Source: Synechococcus elongatus PCC 6301 (GTDB taxonomy: Bacteria; Cyanobacteriota; Cyanobacteriia; Synechococcales; Synechococcaceae). From it: a stretch of 32,000 nt of DNA. The stretch is from assembly GCF_000010065.1 (NCBI RefSeq), contig NC_006576.1:1110001-1142000 (forward strand). Direction: 5' to 3'. The notes beneath the pieces are model-generated. The model worked only from the letters and a program-made list of their open reading frames with translations, had not been told where the DNA came from and searched no databases. A program made the translations under genes and the position numbers. Below are positions 6,547 to 18,012 of this stretch, piece by piece; the stretch's first letter is position 1, and the number at the start of each line of letters is the position of its first letter.

Positions 6547-8874
6547 ATGCAGCGGACCTGGCGATCGCCCCAAGTGTTCCAACTGCCAGCAGGCTGGCTT
6601 CAGCAGGTTCAGCAAGCTTATCCCCATGACTACGCCGAGGTGCTGGCCCAGCTGATTTGGCAACGACAACTGGCCACCCCGGCATCTCTCGCTGGCTTTC
6701 TCAATCCCGATCGCTATTTACCCACCGGCCCTGAGGCGTTTGGGGTCGAAATGGATGGGGCGATCGCGCGACTCTTACAGGCCCACGCGAATCCTGACGA
6801 TCGCCTCTTGATCTGGGGGGATTTTGACGCCGACGGGCTGACCGCCACAGCAGTGCTCTGGGAAGGACTGGGTCAATACTTTCCCCAGACAGAGCGTCTG
6901 TTTTGGACGATTCCCGATCGCCTCCAGCAATCCCATGGGTTGAACCTTGAGGGACTGGAGCAGGCGATCGCCAACGGCATCACCTTAGTGATTACCTGCG
7001 ATACCGGCTGTAGTGATGCGGAGCTGCTGCAATGGGCCAGCGATCGCGGCTTGGATGTAATTGTCACGGATCACCACACGTTACTCCCTGAACGGCCACC
7101 GGTTACGGCGCTGATCAATCCCCGTCAGTTGCCGACTGACCATCCCCTCGCCACTCTCTCCGGCGTTGCGGTCGCCTACAAATTAATAGAAGCGCTCTAT
7201 CAAGCTCTCCCCCTAGCGACAGCACAACCCTTGGAGCATCTGCTGGATTTAGTCGCGATCGGTCTGATTGCCGATTTAGTCGACCTGCGGGGGGACTGTC
7301 GCTATTTGGCGCAGCGAGGCTTGCAGCAATTACAGCAACTGGCCCAAGTCCGGCCCCAAGCCAGTCGTCGTCCCGGCATCACCGAACTCCTGAATCGCTG
7401 CCGGGGTAGCGGCGATCGCCCGACTGACATCCGCTTTGGTCTGGGGCCACGACTCAATGCTGTCAGCCGCCTCCAGGGCAAGGCCGATCTGGCACTGCAA
7501 CTCCTGACCAGCCGCGATCCAACCGCCGCTCGACGATTGGCCCAACAGGTCGAGGAGCTGAACCAACGGCGGCAGCGCTTACAGCGTGACCTGCTGCGGG
7601 AATTAGAACCCCAAATTCAGCAACAGCGCGATCGCGCCGCTCTCGTCCTAGTCGGCGAGGGCTGGCACGGCGGCCTCCTAGGGCTGGTGGCCAGTCAGGT
7701 TGCCCATCGAGAAGACAAACCGACCTTAGTTCTCAGTCTGGATCCCCCCAAGACTCAACCGCGATTGGCCCGTGGCTCGGCCCGATCGATCACCGGCCTC
7801 AATCTCTATGAACTGCTCGCCAACCAGCGATCGCTACTGCTCCGTTTTGGCGGTCATCCGCAAGCAGCGGGACTGACCCTGATCGATGAGCATCTACCCC
7901 TGCTCAGAGAAGCCCTCGAACAACGGCTCCAGCAGTATCCGCCCGATCGCAGCCAAGCGGCGATCGCGCCAGAGCTGACGGTGAGCGTAGCGGATCTCGA
8001 TCGCCCCCTATTTCGCGCCCTCTATGCGCTGGAGCCTTGCGATCGCCTGCCGCAATTGGAAGTTCGGCGCTGTCGCTTGCAACGGCAGTGGCAAAATTCT
8101 GTCGGTTCCGGCCCTTATCGCCGTCAGTACTGGACCTTTCAGATCACCGATGACCGTGGCGCGATCGCCCAGGGACAATACTGGCCCGAGAGCAATGCCG
8201 AGACCTTACCCCCCGAGGGCGATCGCTGCGACCTCGTGATCGAGCTCGATCTCCGCAGCGCTGCCGGGGATCAAAACCGGAAGGAACTGGTTGCCCGTCT
8301 GCTGGCTTGGCGATTACCGCAGTCAGAGTCAGCGATTCCTATGCCTGACTTGCTGGATTGGCGATCGCAGCTGCCGGATCCAGCGATCGCAGCTCATATC
8401 CTCACGACTTGTCCTTGGAGCTGGGAAGAACTCGCCAGCCACTGGCAACAGGCGCTGCGATTGCAACAACCATTAGCGCTGGCTTACCCGCACCCCGAAG
8501 CTGAGAGTCTGGAACGAGGATGGCGGCAATGGCTGGGAATCCTGACGGCCCTAGCCCAGCGATCGCAACCTGTCCCTTGGCCTCAACTCAGTGATCACCT
8601 GGGCTGGCCCACGGCTTTGATCAGCACTGGTTTACAAGTCTGTCAGCCCTTGGGTTATCACTGGCAAGCCAGTGCAGAAGGACTATTACTTATTTGGCCG
8701 GACCGGGCACAGTTGGCTTGGCAAAGCCCCCACCTCCAACAAACCCATCAGCAATGGCAGCGACTCCTGCGAGAATGGCAGAGACGGCGACAGTTCTTTG
8801 CTGAGGCTTCCCTCAAGACGCTAGCCGCAGGCCTAAACGATCGCTATAATCTCCGCACTTCCGAGCCGGCCTAG
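6547..8874 (+). CDS. recJ: Single-stranded-DNA-specific exonuclease RecJ (DHH family) with a long C-terminal extension
   Basis: DHH-family motifs are present in RecJ order: IWGDFDADGLTATAVL, ITCDTG, VIVTDHH and GGHPQAAG. The protein is 775 aa. Confidence 0.85.
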   Translation: MQRTWRSPQVFQLPAGWLQQVQQAYPHDYAEVLAQLIWQRQLATPASLAGFLNPDRYLPTGPEAFGVEMDGAIARLLQAHANPDDRLLIWGDFDADGLTATAVLWEGLGQYFPQTERLFWTIPDRLQQSHGLNLEGLEQAIANGITLVITCDTGCSDAELLQWASDRGLDVIVTDHHTLLPERPPVTALINPRQLPTDHPLATLSGVAVAYKLIEALYQALPLATAQPLEHLLDLVAIGLIADLVDLRGDCRYLAQRGLQQLQQLAQVRPQASRRPGITELLNRCRGSGDRPTDIRFGLGPRLNAVSRLQGKADLALQLLTSRDPTAARRLAQQVEELNQRRQRLQRDLLRELEPQIQQQRDRAALVLVGEGWHGGLLGLVASQVAHREDKPTLVLSLDPPKTQPRLARGSARSITGLNLYELLANQRSLLLRFGGHPQAAGLTLIDEHLPLLREALEQRLQQYPPDRSQAAIAPELTVSVADLDRPLFRALYALEPCDRLPQLEVRRCRLQRQWQNSVGSGPYRRQYWTFQITDDRGAIAQGQYWPESNAETLPPEGDRCDLVIELDLRSAAGDQNRKELVARLLAWRLPQSESAIPMPDLLDWRSQLPDPAIAAHILTTCPWSWEELASHWQQALRLQQPLALAYPHPEAESLERGWRQWLGILTALAQRSQPVPWPQLSDHLGWPTALISTGLQVCQPLGYHWQASAEGLLLIWPDRAQLAWQSPHLQQTHQQWQRLLREWQRRRQFFAEASLKTLAAGLNDRYNLRTSEPA

Positions 8875-8945
8875 CTTGCCTCGACCGACGGCGGAACCGC
8901 CGGGACAACTGGCACAGTTACCCTGTGAACTGTCCCAAGCTCTTG

Positions 8946-8976
8946 CCTAGGCTGAGCCTAGGGTTTCCCGCTTTTG
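8946..8976 (+). terminator. Weak terminator candidate after recJ
   Basis: Perfect palindrome CCTAGGCT-g-AGCCTAGG at 8946-8962, followed by GTTTCCCGCTTTTGG. The T-tract is interrupted. Confidence 0.25.
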
Positions 8977-8995
8977 GCTTCTAGGAGCCTCGACC

Positions 8996-10318
8996 ATGTC
9001 GCTGTTCAGTCGCCTTCGTTTTTCGGTTTACGGTTCGGCTCTGCTGGCTGCGAGTGGGGCAGTCTGCATTGGGATTTCAGCAGAACATGCCCGAGCGTTG
9101 CCCTGGCAGGACAGCCCCAAGGTCGTGCTCGATCAAGCTTGGCAACTCATCGATCGCGAGTACGTCGACCCCACCTTTAATCGTCAAGACTGGCAGGCCG
9201 TGCGGCGCGAACTCCTCAGCCGCAACTACGGTTCCAATGAAGAGGCCTATGCTGCCTTGCGATCAGCTCTGCGCCGGCTCGATGACCCCTACACCCGTTT
9301 CCTAGCGCCCGAACAATTCAAAACCCTGACGGAGCAAACGGCTGGGGAAGCCTCAGGGATTGGCATCGAGATTATTCCTGACAGCAAAGATAGTCGGCCG
9401 CGGATTCAGGCCATTCTCGACAACTCACCCGCCAGCAAAGGAGATGTTCAAGTTGGCGATCGCATCTTGGCGATCGATGCCGACTCCACCCGCGAACTCA
9501 CCCTCGATGAAGTTCGCAACCGCCTTCAGGGCAAGGTGGGCAGCGAGATCGACCTCAAACTGCAGCGGGGCGATCGCATTTTTTCTGTCAAGCTGACCCG
9601 CGTCCAGATTGAAATTCCCAGCGTTACCGCCGAGCTGCGGCAACATAGTGGCCGATCGGTGGGCTACATCCAGCTCCGAGAATTTACAGCTCACGCGGCG
9701 CGGGAAATGCGGACTTCGATTCGTAGTCTCGATGAGCAAGGCGCTACCTCCTACGTGCTCGATCTACGGGGCAATCCGGGCGGACTGCTCTACTCCAGCA
9801 TCGAGATCGCCCGCATGTGGCTTAACAACGGCACGATCGTCAAGACCGTCGATCGCAATGGCAAATCGGAGACAATCAACGCCAACAACAGCGCCATCAC
9901 CAACAAACCGCTGGCCGTCCTCGTCGATCAGAACTCTGCCAGTTCCAGCGAGATTCTGGTCGGAGCACTGAAGGATAACAATCGCGCCGTGGTCATCGGC
10001 CGCCAAACCTTTGGTAAAGCCCTCGTGCAGTCAGTTCACACCCTTGCCGATGGTTCGGGCTTAGCTGTCACTGTGGCTCACTACTACACGCCCAACGGCA
10101 CCGATTTGGGTAATCGGGGTATTCAACCCGATGTCGAGGTGCGCCTCAATCAGCGGCAGCAGGCTCTGCAGCGCAGCGACCCTAGCTTCTTGGGTTCCAA
10201 TCAAGACCCCACCTACGGCCAAGCGATCGCAACCCTCGAGCAGCGCACTGCCGAAAGCACGCCCAGCCCAGCGAGCTCGCCCCAGTTGAGTCAACGCCCC
10301 AGCGAGATTCGCCCTTGA
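8996..10318 (+). CDS. Carboxyl-terminal processing protease (S41 family, Ctp)
   Basis: 440 aa with an N-terminal hydrophobic signal/anchor and a PDZ-like segment (GIGIEI...VQVGDRILAID). The S41 catalytic region is present (LDLRGNPGGLL, NSASSSEIL, TFGKALVQS). Confidence 0.9.
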   Translation: MSLFSRLRFSVYGSALLAASGAVCIGISAEHARALPWQDSPKVVLDQAWQLIDREYVDPTFNRQDWQAVRRELLSRNYGSNEEAYAALRSALRRLDDPYTRFLAPEQFKTLTEQTAGEASGIGIEIIPDSKDSRPRIQAILDNSPASKGDVQVGDRILAIDADSTRELTLDEVRNRLQGKVGSEIDLKLQRGDRIFSVKLTRVQIEIPSVTAELRQHSGRSVGYIQLREFTAHAAREMRTSIRSLDEQGATSYVLDLRGNPGGLLYSSIEIARMWLNNGTIVKTVDRNGKSETINANNSAITNKPLAVLVDQNSASSSEILVGALKDNNRAVVIGRQTFGKALVQSVHTLADGSGLAVTVAHYYTPNGTDLGNRGIQPDVEVRLNQRQQALQRSDPSFLGSNQDPTYGQAIATLEQRTAESTPSPASSPQLSQRPSEIRP

Positions 10319-10737
10319 GTGCACTGCTCACCGATCCCCGCTATCAAGCGGGTATTGCCCTCTTTAACCAGCGGCAGTTCTACGCTTGCCACGATGTCTT
10401 CGAAGCGTTGTGGCACGAGGCGATCGAGCCCGATCGCACTTTTTTGCAAGGCGTTTTGCAGATTGCAGTCGGGCTGCATCATCTCTCCAATAGCAACCGA
10501 CGCGGTGCCACGATTCTGCTAGGGGAAGGCTGCGCCCGCCTGCAGGATTACCAACCCGACTATGCAACGGTGGATGTCAGCCACTTGCTCGCCCAGAGTC
10601 GACAGGTATTGCAAGCCCTCCAGGGTTTACCCAGCGAGGATTGCGGTGAGGCGATCGTGATCGGTTTGGGGCTGCGTGCTGGGACAGCTCCTAGCCTGCC
10701 CTGCCCTCAACTCTGTCTTCAAACGAGCGGGGTATGA
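10315..10737 (+). CDS. DUF309 domain protein
   Basis: FNQRQFYACHDVFEALWHE...FLQGVLQIAVGLHH matches the DUF309 pattern. The TTG start overlaps the ctp TGA stop (TTGA at 10315-10318). Confidence 0.7.
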   Translation: MSALLTDPRYQAGIALFNQRQFYACHDVFEALWHEAIEPDRTFLQGVLQIAVGLHHLSNSNRRGATILLGEGCARLQDYQPDYATVDVSHLLAQSRQVLQALQGLPSEDCGEAIVIGLGLRAGTAPSLPCPQLCLQTSGV

Positions 10738-10774
10738 TTGGGGCGATCGCGCCCGCGTGACAAGGACGACAGGA

Positions 10775-11197
10775 ATGACAGCGGTAATTCGGCGACTGAT
10801 TTGGGGCATGAGCCTGTTCGCAGCGATCGCACCGGCTAGCTGGAGTTTTGCACAAACCACGAATGCGCCTGCACCGGCCCAGGCCGACCAAAGCCTGACC
10901 CTGTTCTCGGACATTCAAGAAGCGAATTCCAAAACTGGCGTCGTCACTGCCCGTGGCAATGTAGTGATTCTCTATCCCGCACGACAACTGCGAGCCACAG
11001 CGGCCCAAGCGCAGTATTTTTCACGGGAACGGCGGATTATTCTGACTGGCAATGTTTTCGTCCAGCAGGAAGGCGGCAACTCCCTCCGGGGCGAAACCGT
11101 GACCTATCTGATCGAAACCGGTAAGTTTGTAGCCCTGCCGACACCCCAAGGACAAGTGCAATCGATCTATAACCTTGATAGTGCTGAATCACCCTAG
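10775..11197 (+). CDS. LptA/OstA-like periplasmic LPS-transport protein
   Basis: The start is trimmed to the ATG at 10775, giving the signal peptide MTAVIRRLIWGMSLFAAIAPASWSFA. OstA-N-like repeats follow (GVVTARGNVVILYP...AAQAQYF...IILTGNVFVQQEG.NSLRGETVTYL). It lies directly upstream of lptB. Confidence 0.7.
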   Translation: MTAVIRRLIWGMSLFAAIAPASWSFAQTTNAPAPAQADQSLTLFSDIQEANSKTGVVTARGNVVILYPARQLRATAAQAQYFSRERRIILTGNVFVQQEGGNSLRGETVTYLIETGKFVALPTPQGQVQSIYNLDSAESP

Positions 11198-11226
11198 GTC
11201 GCCGCTGACCCATAAGATGGGAACGT

Positions 11227-11979
11227 TTGCCGAGTACCGCTGCGATCGCTGTGAAGATTCGCCTAGAAAATGTTCGGAAGTCCTACGGCAAGCGCCTGAT
11301 TGTTAATCGCGTCAGCTTGTCCGTAGCCCAAGGCGAGGTTGTCGGGCTGCTCGGCCCCAATGGCGCGGGTAAAACCACGACGTTTTATATGACCACTGGC
11401 CTTGAACGGCCGGATGAAGGTCATGTCTGGCTGGATGAAACGGAACTCACCCGCCTGCCCATGACCCAGCGGGCCCGCCTTGGCATTGGCTATCTCGCCC
11501 AAGAGGCCAGTATCTTCCGGCATCTGACGGTGGTGGAGAACTTACTGCTAGTGCTGCAGCAAACTGGTATTCGGGGACGAGAACAGCGCCAGCGAGTTGA
11601 GGAACTGCTCAGCGAGTTTCGGCTTGAAAAAGTGGCTCACACCCAAGGTATTCGCGTCTCTGGGGGTGAACGTCGCCGCACCGAGATTGCCCGCGCCCTG
11701 GCTGTCGGCAGTCAGGGGCCAAAATTTTTGCTGCTGGATGAGCCCTTTGCCGGTATTGACCCGATTGCTGTGGCCGAAGTGCAGGAGATCATCGCCCGAC
11801 TCCGAGCCCAACAGATGGGCATTTTGATCACCGATCACAACGTGCGGGAAACCCTGAAGATCACCGATCGCGCCTACATTCTGCGGGACGGAGAAATCTT
11901 GGCAGCCGGCTCCGCCGAAGAGTTAGCGTCCAATCCTCTCGTCCGCCAATACTATTTGGGTGAAGACTTCGTTTTCTGA
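11227..11979 (+). CDS. lptB: LPS export ABC transporter ATP-binding protein LptB
   Basis: Walker [10 protein letters not shown], signature motif VSGGERRR, Walker [13 protein letters not shown] and an H-loop TDHN are present. The start codon is uncertain between the TTG at 11227 and a downstream GTG at 11251. Confidence 0.9.
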   Translation: MPSTAAIAVKIRLENVRKSYGKRLIVNRVSLSVAQGEVVGLLGPNGAGKTTTFYMTTGLERPDEGHVWLDETELTRLPMTQRARLGIGYLAQEASIFRHLTVVENLLLVLQQTGIRGREQRQRVEELLSEFRLEKVAHTQGIRVSGGERRRTEIARALAVGSQGPKFLLLDEPFAGIDPIAVAEVQEIIARLRAQQMGILITDHNVRETLKITDRAYILRDGEILAAGSAEELASNPLVRQYYLGEDFVF

Positions 11980-12158
11980 GCTTCCCAGCACGCTTCGCGG
12001 CCTGTGGCGACGACCTCGGCGGTATGGCCTGAGCGTACGGGGGTTTGCAGCGAACCGCTAAACTTGGCAGCATGACTACTCCAGACCTCAGTCTTGCGTC
12101 ATCCTCAACCCAGCCCAAACCCAGCTTGCGGCTGCCATGGTGGGATCGAATCTCGATC

Positions 12159-13256
12159 ATGGACCGCTACATCCTGCGGGAAATGTTGGGGCCTTTCCTG
12201 TTTGGGGTTGGCGCCTTCACTTCGGTAGGCCTGTCGATTGGGGTCGTCTTTGAACTCGTGCGGCAAGTCACAGAAGCAGGTCTGCCCCTGTCCGTCGCGG
12301 CCCAAGTCTTCCTGCTGAAAATGCCAGACTTTTTGGTCTTGGCTTTTCCGATGTCGATGCTGCTGTCAGCCTTGATGGCCTACAACCGGCTGTCTAGCGA
12401 CAGTGAATTGATTGCCCTGCGCAGCTGTGGCATCAGCAGCTACCGGTTTATTCTGCCAGGCATCTTGATGAGCATTGTGGTCACCGGTATGACCTTTGCT
12501 TTTTATGAATCGGTGGTGCCGGCGGCCAACTTTCAGGCTCAGGTGACACTGCAGACAGCACTCAACCAGACTCGGCCTCAGCTGGAAGAAAAAAACAATA
12601 TTGTCTACCAGCAATTCGATCGCAAGACCTCAGAGCTCGCACGCATTTTCTATGCCCGTCGCTACGACGGTGAGCAGATGCGAGGGCTGACGATTCTGGA
12701 CTTTACGCGCGGCGAACTCAGTCAGATTATTTCGGCAGAGACTGGGGTCTGGCATCCCGGAGATCAGCTCTGGGAATTTCGGAATGGCACCATTTACGGC
12801 GTTGCTCCCGACGGTTCCTACAGCGGCATCGCCACCTTCAAGTCGCAGGAATTCACAATTCCTGAAACTCCCCTGAGTATTGCTAGCCAGAGTCGCGACG
12901 AGACGCAGATGAATGCAACCCAAATCTGGCAATATCTGCGCGTGCTGCGGCAAACCAACAATACGGCTGACATCCGCAAGTGGGAGGTACGCCTGCAGCA
13001 GAAGTTAGCCTTACCCTTTGTCTGTGTTGCCTTTGGCTTAATTGGTGCCAGTTTAGGTACTGCTCCGAACCAGCGGACTGGACGCGCTACGGGCTTTGGC
13101 ATCAGTGTGCTGATTATCTTTTCCTACTACCTGCTGGCCTTTGTGACAGGAGCCTTGGGCATCAATGGCACCCTGCCAACGCTACTAGCCGGTTGGTTTC
13201 CCTGGCTGTTGGGCATGGGGGTCGGACTGTACCTGCTGCGTCAGACTGCTCGCTAG
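12159..13256 (+). CDS. LptF/LptG-family (YjgP/YjgQ) LPS export permease
   Basis: The start is taken at MDRYILREMLGPFLFGV, the family-typical N-terminus. The track ORF offers upstream starts at 12045 and 12072. The protein has six predicted TM helices flanking a large periplasmic loop. Confidence 0.85.
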   Translation: MDRYILREMLGPFLFGVGAFTSVGLSIGVVFELVRQVTEAGLPLSVAAQVFLLKMPDFLVLAFPMSMLLSALMAYNRLSSDSELIALRSCGISSYRFILPGILMSIVVTGMTFAFYESVVPAANFQAQVTLQTALNQTRPQLEEKNNIVYQQFDRKTSELARIFYARRYDGEQMRGLTILDFTRGELSQIISAETGVWHPGDQLWEFRNGTIYGVAPDGSYSGIATFKSQEFTIPETPLSIASQSRDETQMNATQIWQYLRVLRQTNNTADIRKWEVRLQQKLALPFVCVAFGLIGASLGTAPNQRTGRATGFGISVLIIFSYYLLAFVTGALGINGTLPTLLAGWFPWLLGMGVGLYLLRQTAR

Positions 13257-13300
13257 ATCCCGTCAGCCCTTAGGATCAAAACAATTGCGACGCTACCGCC

Positions 13301-14278
13301 ATGAATCTGGTCAGCCTTCAGAACAGTCTGGATAACGCAACCTTTGCCATCCTGCTGCCCACCCTGCTCTGCTACTGGACAGGTGTGGCCTTCCCGAATC
13401 TGAAGGGATTGCCAGCGATCGGGACGGCGGGGATGGCGATCGCGAATCTCTGTATGGCGGCGCTACTGGGAGCACGTTGGCTAGAGGCGGGCTACTTCCC
13501 GATCAGCAATCTCTACGAATCCCTGTTCTTTCTGGCTTGGGGACTAACCGCCATTCACCTCTTGGCCGAAAAGTTGAGCGGCAGTCGCCTCGTGGGCGCA
13601 GCCACCTCACCGTTAGCGCTAGGGATTGTGGCCTTTGCCGCCTTTACGCTGCCCAAGGAGATGCGACAGGCTGAGCCGCTCGTGCCAGCGCTGAAGTCGA
13701 ACTGGCTGATGATGCACGTCAGCGTGATGATGGTCAGCTATGCGGCACTGCTAGTCGGCTCTCTACTGAGCGTTGCTTTTTTGGTGGTGACCCGTGGTCA
13801 GGCGATCGAATTGCGCGGTAGTTCCGTTGGCACAGGCAGTTTCCGGCAGGTGAAGCTCAACCGAGCGAGTGACCTCACGATCGCGACTGCAGAGTCTGGG
13901 GGAAGCGGCGGTACCGCTGTCCTCGAGCAACCGGTGCTGCAGCTCGCGCCAGAGCAGCTCAGCTTGGCCGATACCCTAGACAACGTCAGCTATCGAGTGA
14001 TTGGTCTGGGCTTCCCTCTGCTGACGATTGGCATCATTGCCGGCGCAGTGTGGGCCAATGAGGCTTGGGGCTCTTACTGGAGCTGGGATCCGAAGGAAAC
14101 CTGGGCGTTGATCACCTGGCTCGTCTTTGCGGCCTACCTCCATGCCCGGATTACGCGGGGCTGGCAAGGACGGCGACCCGCCATTCTGGCAACCGTTGGT
14201 TTTGGCGTGGTGTGGGTCTGCTATTTGGGCGTCAACTTGCTTGGCAAGGGCTTGCACAGTTACGGTTGGTTCTTCTAA
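13301..14278 (+). CDS. ccsA: Cytochrome c biogenesis protein CcsA (System II heme lyase subunit)
   Basis: The WWD heme-handling motif [18 protein letters not shown] is followed by a conserved His (YLHAR). The protein is polytopic. Confidence 0.9.
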   Translation: MNLVSLQNSLDNATFAILLPTLLCYWTGVAFPNLKGLPAIGTAGMAIANLCMAALLGARWLEAGYFPISNLYESLFFLAWGLTAIHLLAEKLSGSRLVGAATSPLALGIVAFAAFTLPKEMRQAEPLVPALKSNWLMMHVSVMMVSYAALLVGSLLSVAFLVVTRGQAIELRGSSVGTGSFRQVKLNRASDLTIATAESGGSGGTAVLEQPVLQLAPEQLSLADTLDNVSYRVIGLGFPLLTIGIIAGAVWANEAWGSYWSWDPKETWALITWLVFAAYLHARITRGWQGRRPAILATVGFGVVWVCYLGVNLLGKGLHSYGWFF

Positions 14279-14299
14279 CCGAACACTGAGAACGGATTC

Positions 14300-14950
14300 A
14301 TGGCCGATCGCACGCCTGCACAAGCTGTTTTTTGTGACTTCGACGGCACAATCACGACGGAAGACACCTTTGTGCGGGTGCTGGAAGCCTTTGCGCCCGA
14401 GGCTTGGGCAGCAGTCTGCGATGACCTCTTTGCCTTTCGGATCAGCTTGCGCCAGAGCATCCGTCAGGTGATGGCGACGATTCCTTGCGATCGCCTACCG
14501 GAAATGCAGGCTTTAGTCGCCACCTATCCAGTACGGTCGGGCTTTGTCGAACTGCTGGACGATCTGGAGGCGCGAAATATTCCCTTCTACGTCGTCTCGG
14601 GGGGCCTGCGTTGTCTTGTTGAAGCAGTGCTTCATCCCTGGCGATCGCGCTTGGCGGGACTATATGCCGCTGAAGTCGATCTCAGTGGCCCAACCATTCA
14701 GGTCTACTCAGACTTTGAATCCGATCAAGAACTGGTCGCGAAAGTCCAAGTTCTCGACAAGGTCGGAGCCTCGCAAGCGATCGCGATCGGCGACTCGATC
14801 ACGGACGTGAATTTAGGCATGGCTGCCGATCTGGTCTTCGCCCGTCCCCACCTAGCAGACTACCTGCGCGATCGTGGCAAACAATCACTGCCCTGGGACA
14901 GCTTCCACGACGTCCGCCAAGAACTCCAGCGCCGCTGGAGTCGTCACTAA
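14300..14950 (+). CDS. HAD-IB family phosphatase (MtnX/PSPase-like)
   Basis: HAD motif I is FCDFDGTIT, motif II is VVSGG, and motif IV is IGDSITD. The protein is 216 aa. Confidence 0.75.
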   Translation: MADRTPAQAVFCDFDGTITTEDTFVRVLEAFAPEAWAAVCDDLFAFRISLRQSIRQVMATIPCDRLPEMQALVATYPVRSGFVELLDDLEARNIPFYVVSGGLRCLVEAVLHPWRSRLAGLYAAEVDLSGPTIQVYSDFESDQELVAKVQVLDKVGASQAIAIGDSITDVNLGMAADLVFARPHLADYLRDRGKQSLPWDSFHDVRQELQRRWSRH

Positions 14951-15420
14951 CGGGGCTTGCAGTACTGATTGTGCAGCCGCTGTACTTCCACCAGGCGATC
15001 GCTGCGGGCCTGTACCGCGTAGGCTTCAGCTTCGAGCTGCTGGCGGCGAGGATCGCGATAGCTCAAAAACGAGCGCCGTAGTTGCGGGGGTGGATCGTAG
15101 GGCAAGCCAAGCACTTGCAACTGGGTGCGTCCCGCGCAAAATTGAGCTGCGTGAACTGCCTCATGGACGAGGGTGACTTCATCCAGACCCAGTTCAAACA
15201 CGACGGGATTGACCACAATCAGCCGTTCCTTGGGAGCGAAGTAGCCGTAGAGGCCCTCTCGACCAGGTTGGCGAATTTGGACGCGAAAACCAAAGCGGTT
15301 GAGGCTTTGCAATAGGGGCTGGAGTGTTGCCGACCAAGGGGACGCGATCGCGGGTTGAGAAAGCAAGGCCAAGCTGGCGATCGCGATCGCGGTGATCACT
15401 GACTTGGGAGATCGTCCCAT
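14947..15420 (-). CDS. Small secreted protein with an HExxH motif (putative zinc metallopeptidase-like, hypothetical)
   Basis: The signal peptide reads MGRSPKSVITAIAIASLALLSQPAIASP and an HEAVH motif is present. The protein is 157 aa, and its stop codon overlaps the stop of the convergent HAD gene. Confidence 0.55.
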   Translation of the reverse strand: MGRSPKSVITAIAIASLALLSQPAIASPWSATLQPLLQSLNRFGFRVQIRQPGREGLYGYFAPKERLIVVNPVVFELGLDEVTLVHEAVHAAQFCAGRTQLQVLGLPYDPPPQLRRSFLSYRDPRRQQLEAEAYAVQARSDRLVEVQRLHNQYCKPR

Positions 15421-15458
15421 GCTGGTCTTCTGCCCGTTCGACTGGACTGGCTTGCAGG

Positions 15459-16589
15459 CTAGCGCATTCCGGGCAAAAAGCCGGTGGTTAAGCGACGAAT
15501 CACGCGGGTGGCAATGTCGCTGTAGTCCAACTCTCCCACCAGAATTTGCGCCATCCGTTGCGGTGCTGTCGGGCGCTTGATCCCAATCTGATAGCCGAGG
15601 TTAGGGACCCGATAGAAAACACTGGAGATCCGCTTGGCCCAGGCCATGCTGTCACCCCACTCCTGCTGGATCGTGCGGCTATAGCCAGCGAGTGCGTTGC
15701 GATCACCGGCGATCGCGCGATCGATCGCTTCGGCAGCTCGCATGCCACTCAGCAGCGCCGGACGAATGCCTTCCGCAGTGAAGGGATCGGTGAGAGAAGC
15801 GGCTTCCCCCACCAGCAGCGCTGAGCCGCGGTGCAAGGGCTGGGAGCCATCCCAAACGCAGAGCGGATGGGGAACAATGCGATCGAGGTCAGCGCTCACA
15901 CCAAATCCAGCGAGATAGGTTTCGAGCAAGCCCCGAAAGTCGGTGGCATCGTTGCCGCGAAAGGTACCAATCCCGATCGAGTAGCCATCGGATTTGGGAA
16001 AGACCCAGATGTAGCCATTGCGGACTAGACCGAATTCAAAATGAGCAGTGCTGTCCGGACGGGCTGGCAGGGGCACATCCAATTCGCAGGCTTGGGCGTA
16101 GCGCCGTTTCTGACTCGGGAAACCCAGCCATTGCGCCAGCGGCCCACGGGCACCATCCGCGGCAATCAGGGTGCGACTACGGTAGGCGCGATCGCCCACG
16201 GTAACCAGCCAACCATCGCCTTCCGCAGAGACTGCCGTAACCGCCGCCCCATCCTCAATGCGGGCGCCTAAGTTCGCTGCTTGCTCGACCAAAAAATGAT
16301 CGAAGCGATCGCGTCGCACCATCCAGAACGGTTCTTCGCTCGGCAATTCAGCCTCGACCGGATCGCCCAGTTTCCAAGTGAATCGGAGCCGATCGACGCC
16401 ATGGTCAACCACCGATCGCAGATCACAATCAAACCAGCGAGCGACCTGAGGCGAGACGCCACCTGCACAGGCTTTCTGTCGGGGCAACTGAGCCTGCTCC
16501 AACAGCAACACTTGGCGATCGCGCCGTGCCAGATGATAAGCCGCACTCCCACCGGCGGGGCCAGCCCCAACAACAATGCAGTCCAGCAT
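15459..16589 (-). CDS. Geranylgeranyl reductase-family FAD-dependent oxidoreductase
   Basis: The N-terminal dinucleotide fold is DCIVVGAGPAGGSAAYHLA, with LIAADG and GEAAS..DPFTAEGI motifs typical of this flavoprotein family. Its ATG lies 6 nt after the frr stop. Confidence 0.8.
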   Translation of the reverse strand: MLDCIVVGAGPAGGSAAYHLARRDRQVLLLEQAQLPRQKACAGGVSPQVARWFDCDLRSVVDHGVDRLRFTWKLGDPVEAELPSEEPFWMVRRDRFDHFLVEQAANLGARIEDGAAVTAVSAEGDGWLVTVGDRAYRSRTLIAADGARGPLAQWLGFPSQKRRYAQACELDVPLPARPDSTAHFEFGLVRNGYIWVFPKSDGYSIGIGTFRGNDATDFRGLLETYLAGFGVSADLDRIVPHPLCVWDGSQPLHRGSALLVGEAASLTDPFTAEGIRPALLSGMRAAEAIDRAIAGDRNALAGYSRTIQQEWGDSMAWAKRISSVFYRVPNLGYQIGIKRPTAPQRMAQILVGELDYSDIATRVIRRLTTGFLPGMR

Positions 16590-16595
16590 GACGGC

Positions 16596-17904
<1,309 letters not shown>

Positions 17905-18012
17905 TCACTGCGATCGCAACTAAAGCCAGAGATGTGAGGAGGGGATCCGGCCTTTGGTAGACTCAACTGTTGGAATCCCCAGAAGCAATCATCCGTAAGG
18001 AGTCAGGACGGC

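Noticed and set aside
10676-10774. N-terminal extensions offered by the ORF track (10676 for lptA-like, 12045 for lptF/G, 17892 for pyrH, 17228 for frr, 19131 for hemA, 22453 for the OMT, 26376 for the nucleotidyltransferase, 29958 for PPK2, 3023 and 5281 for hypotheticals)
   Set aside because: In each case the family-conserved N-terminus or signal peptide begins at a downstream ATG or GTG, often with a better Shine-Dalgarno sequence. The extensions are non-conserved and often overlap the neighbouring gene or spacer.
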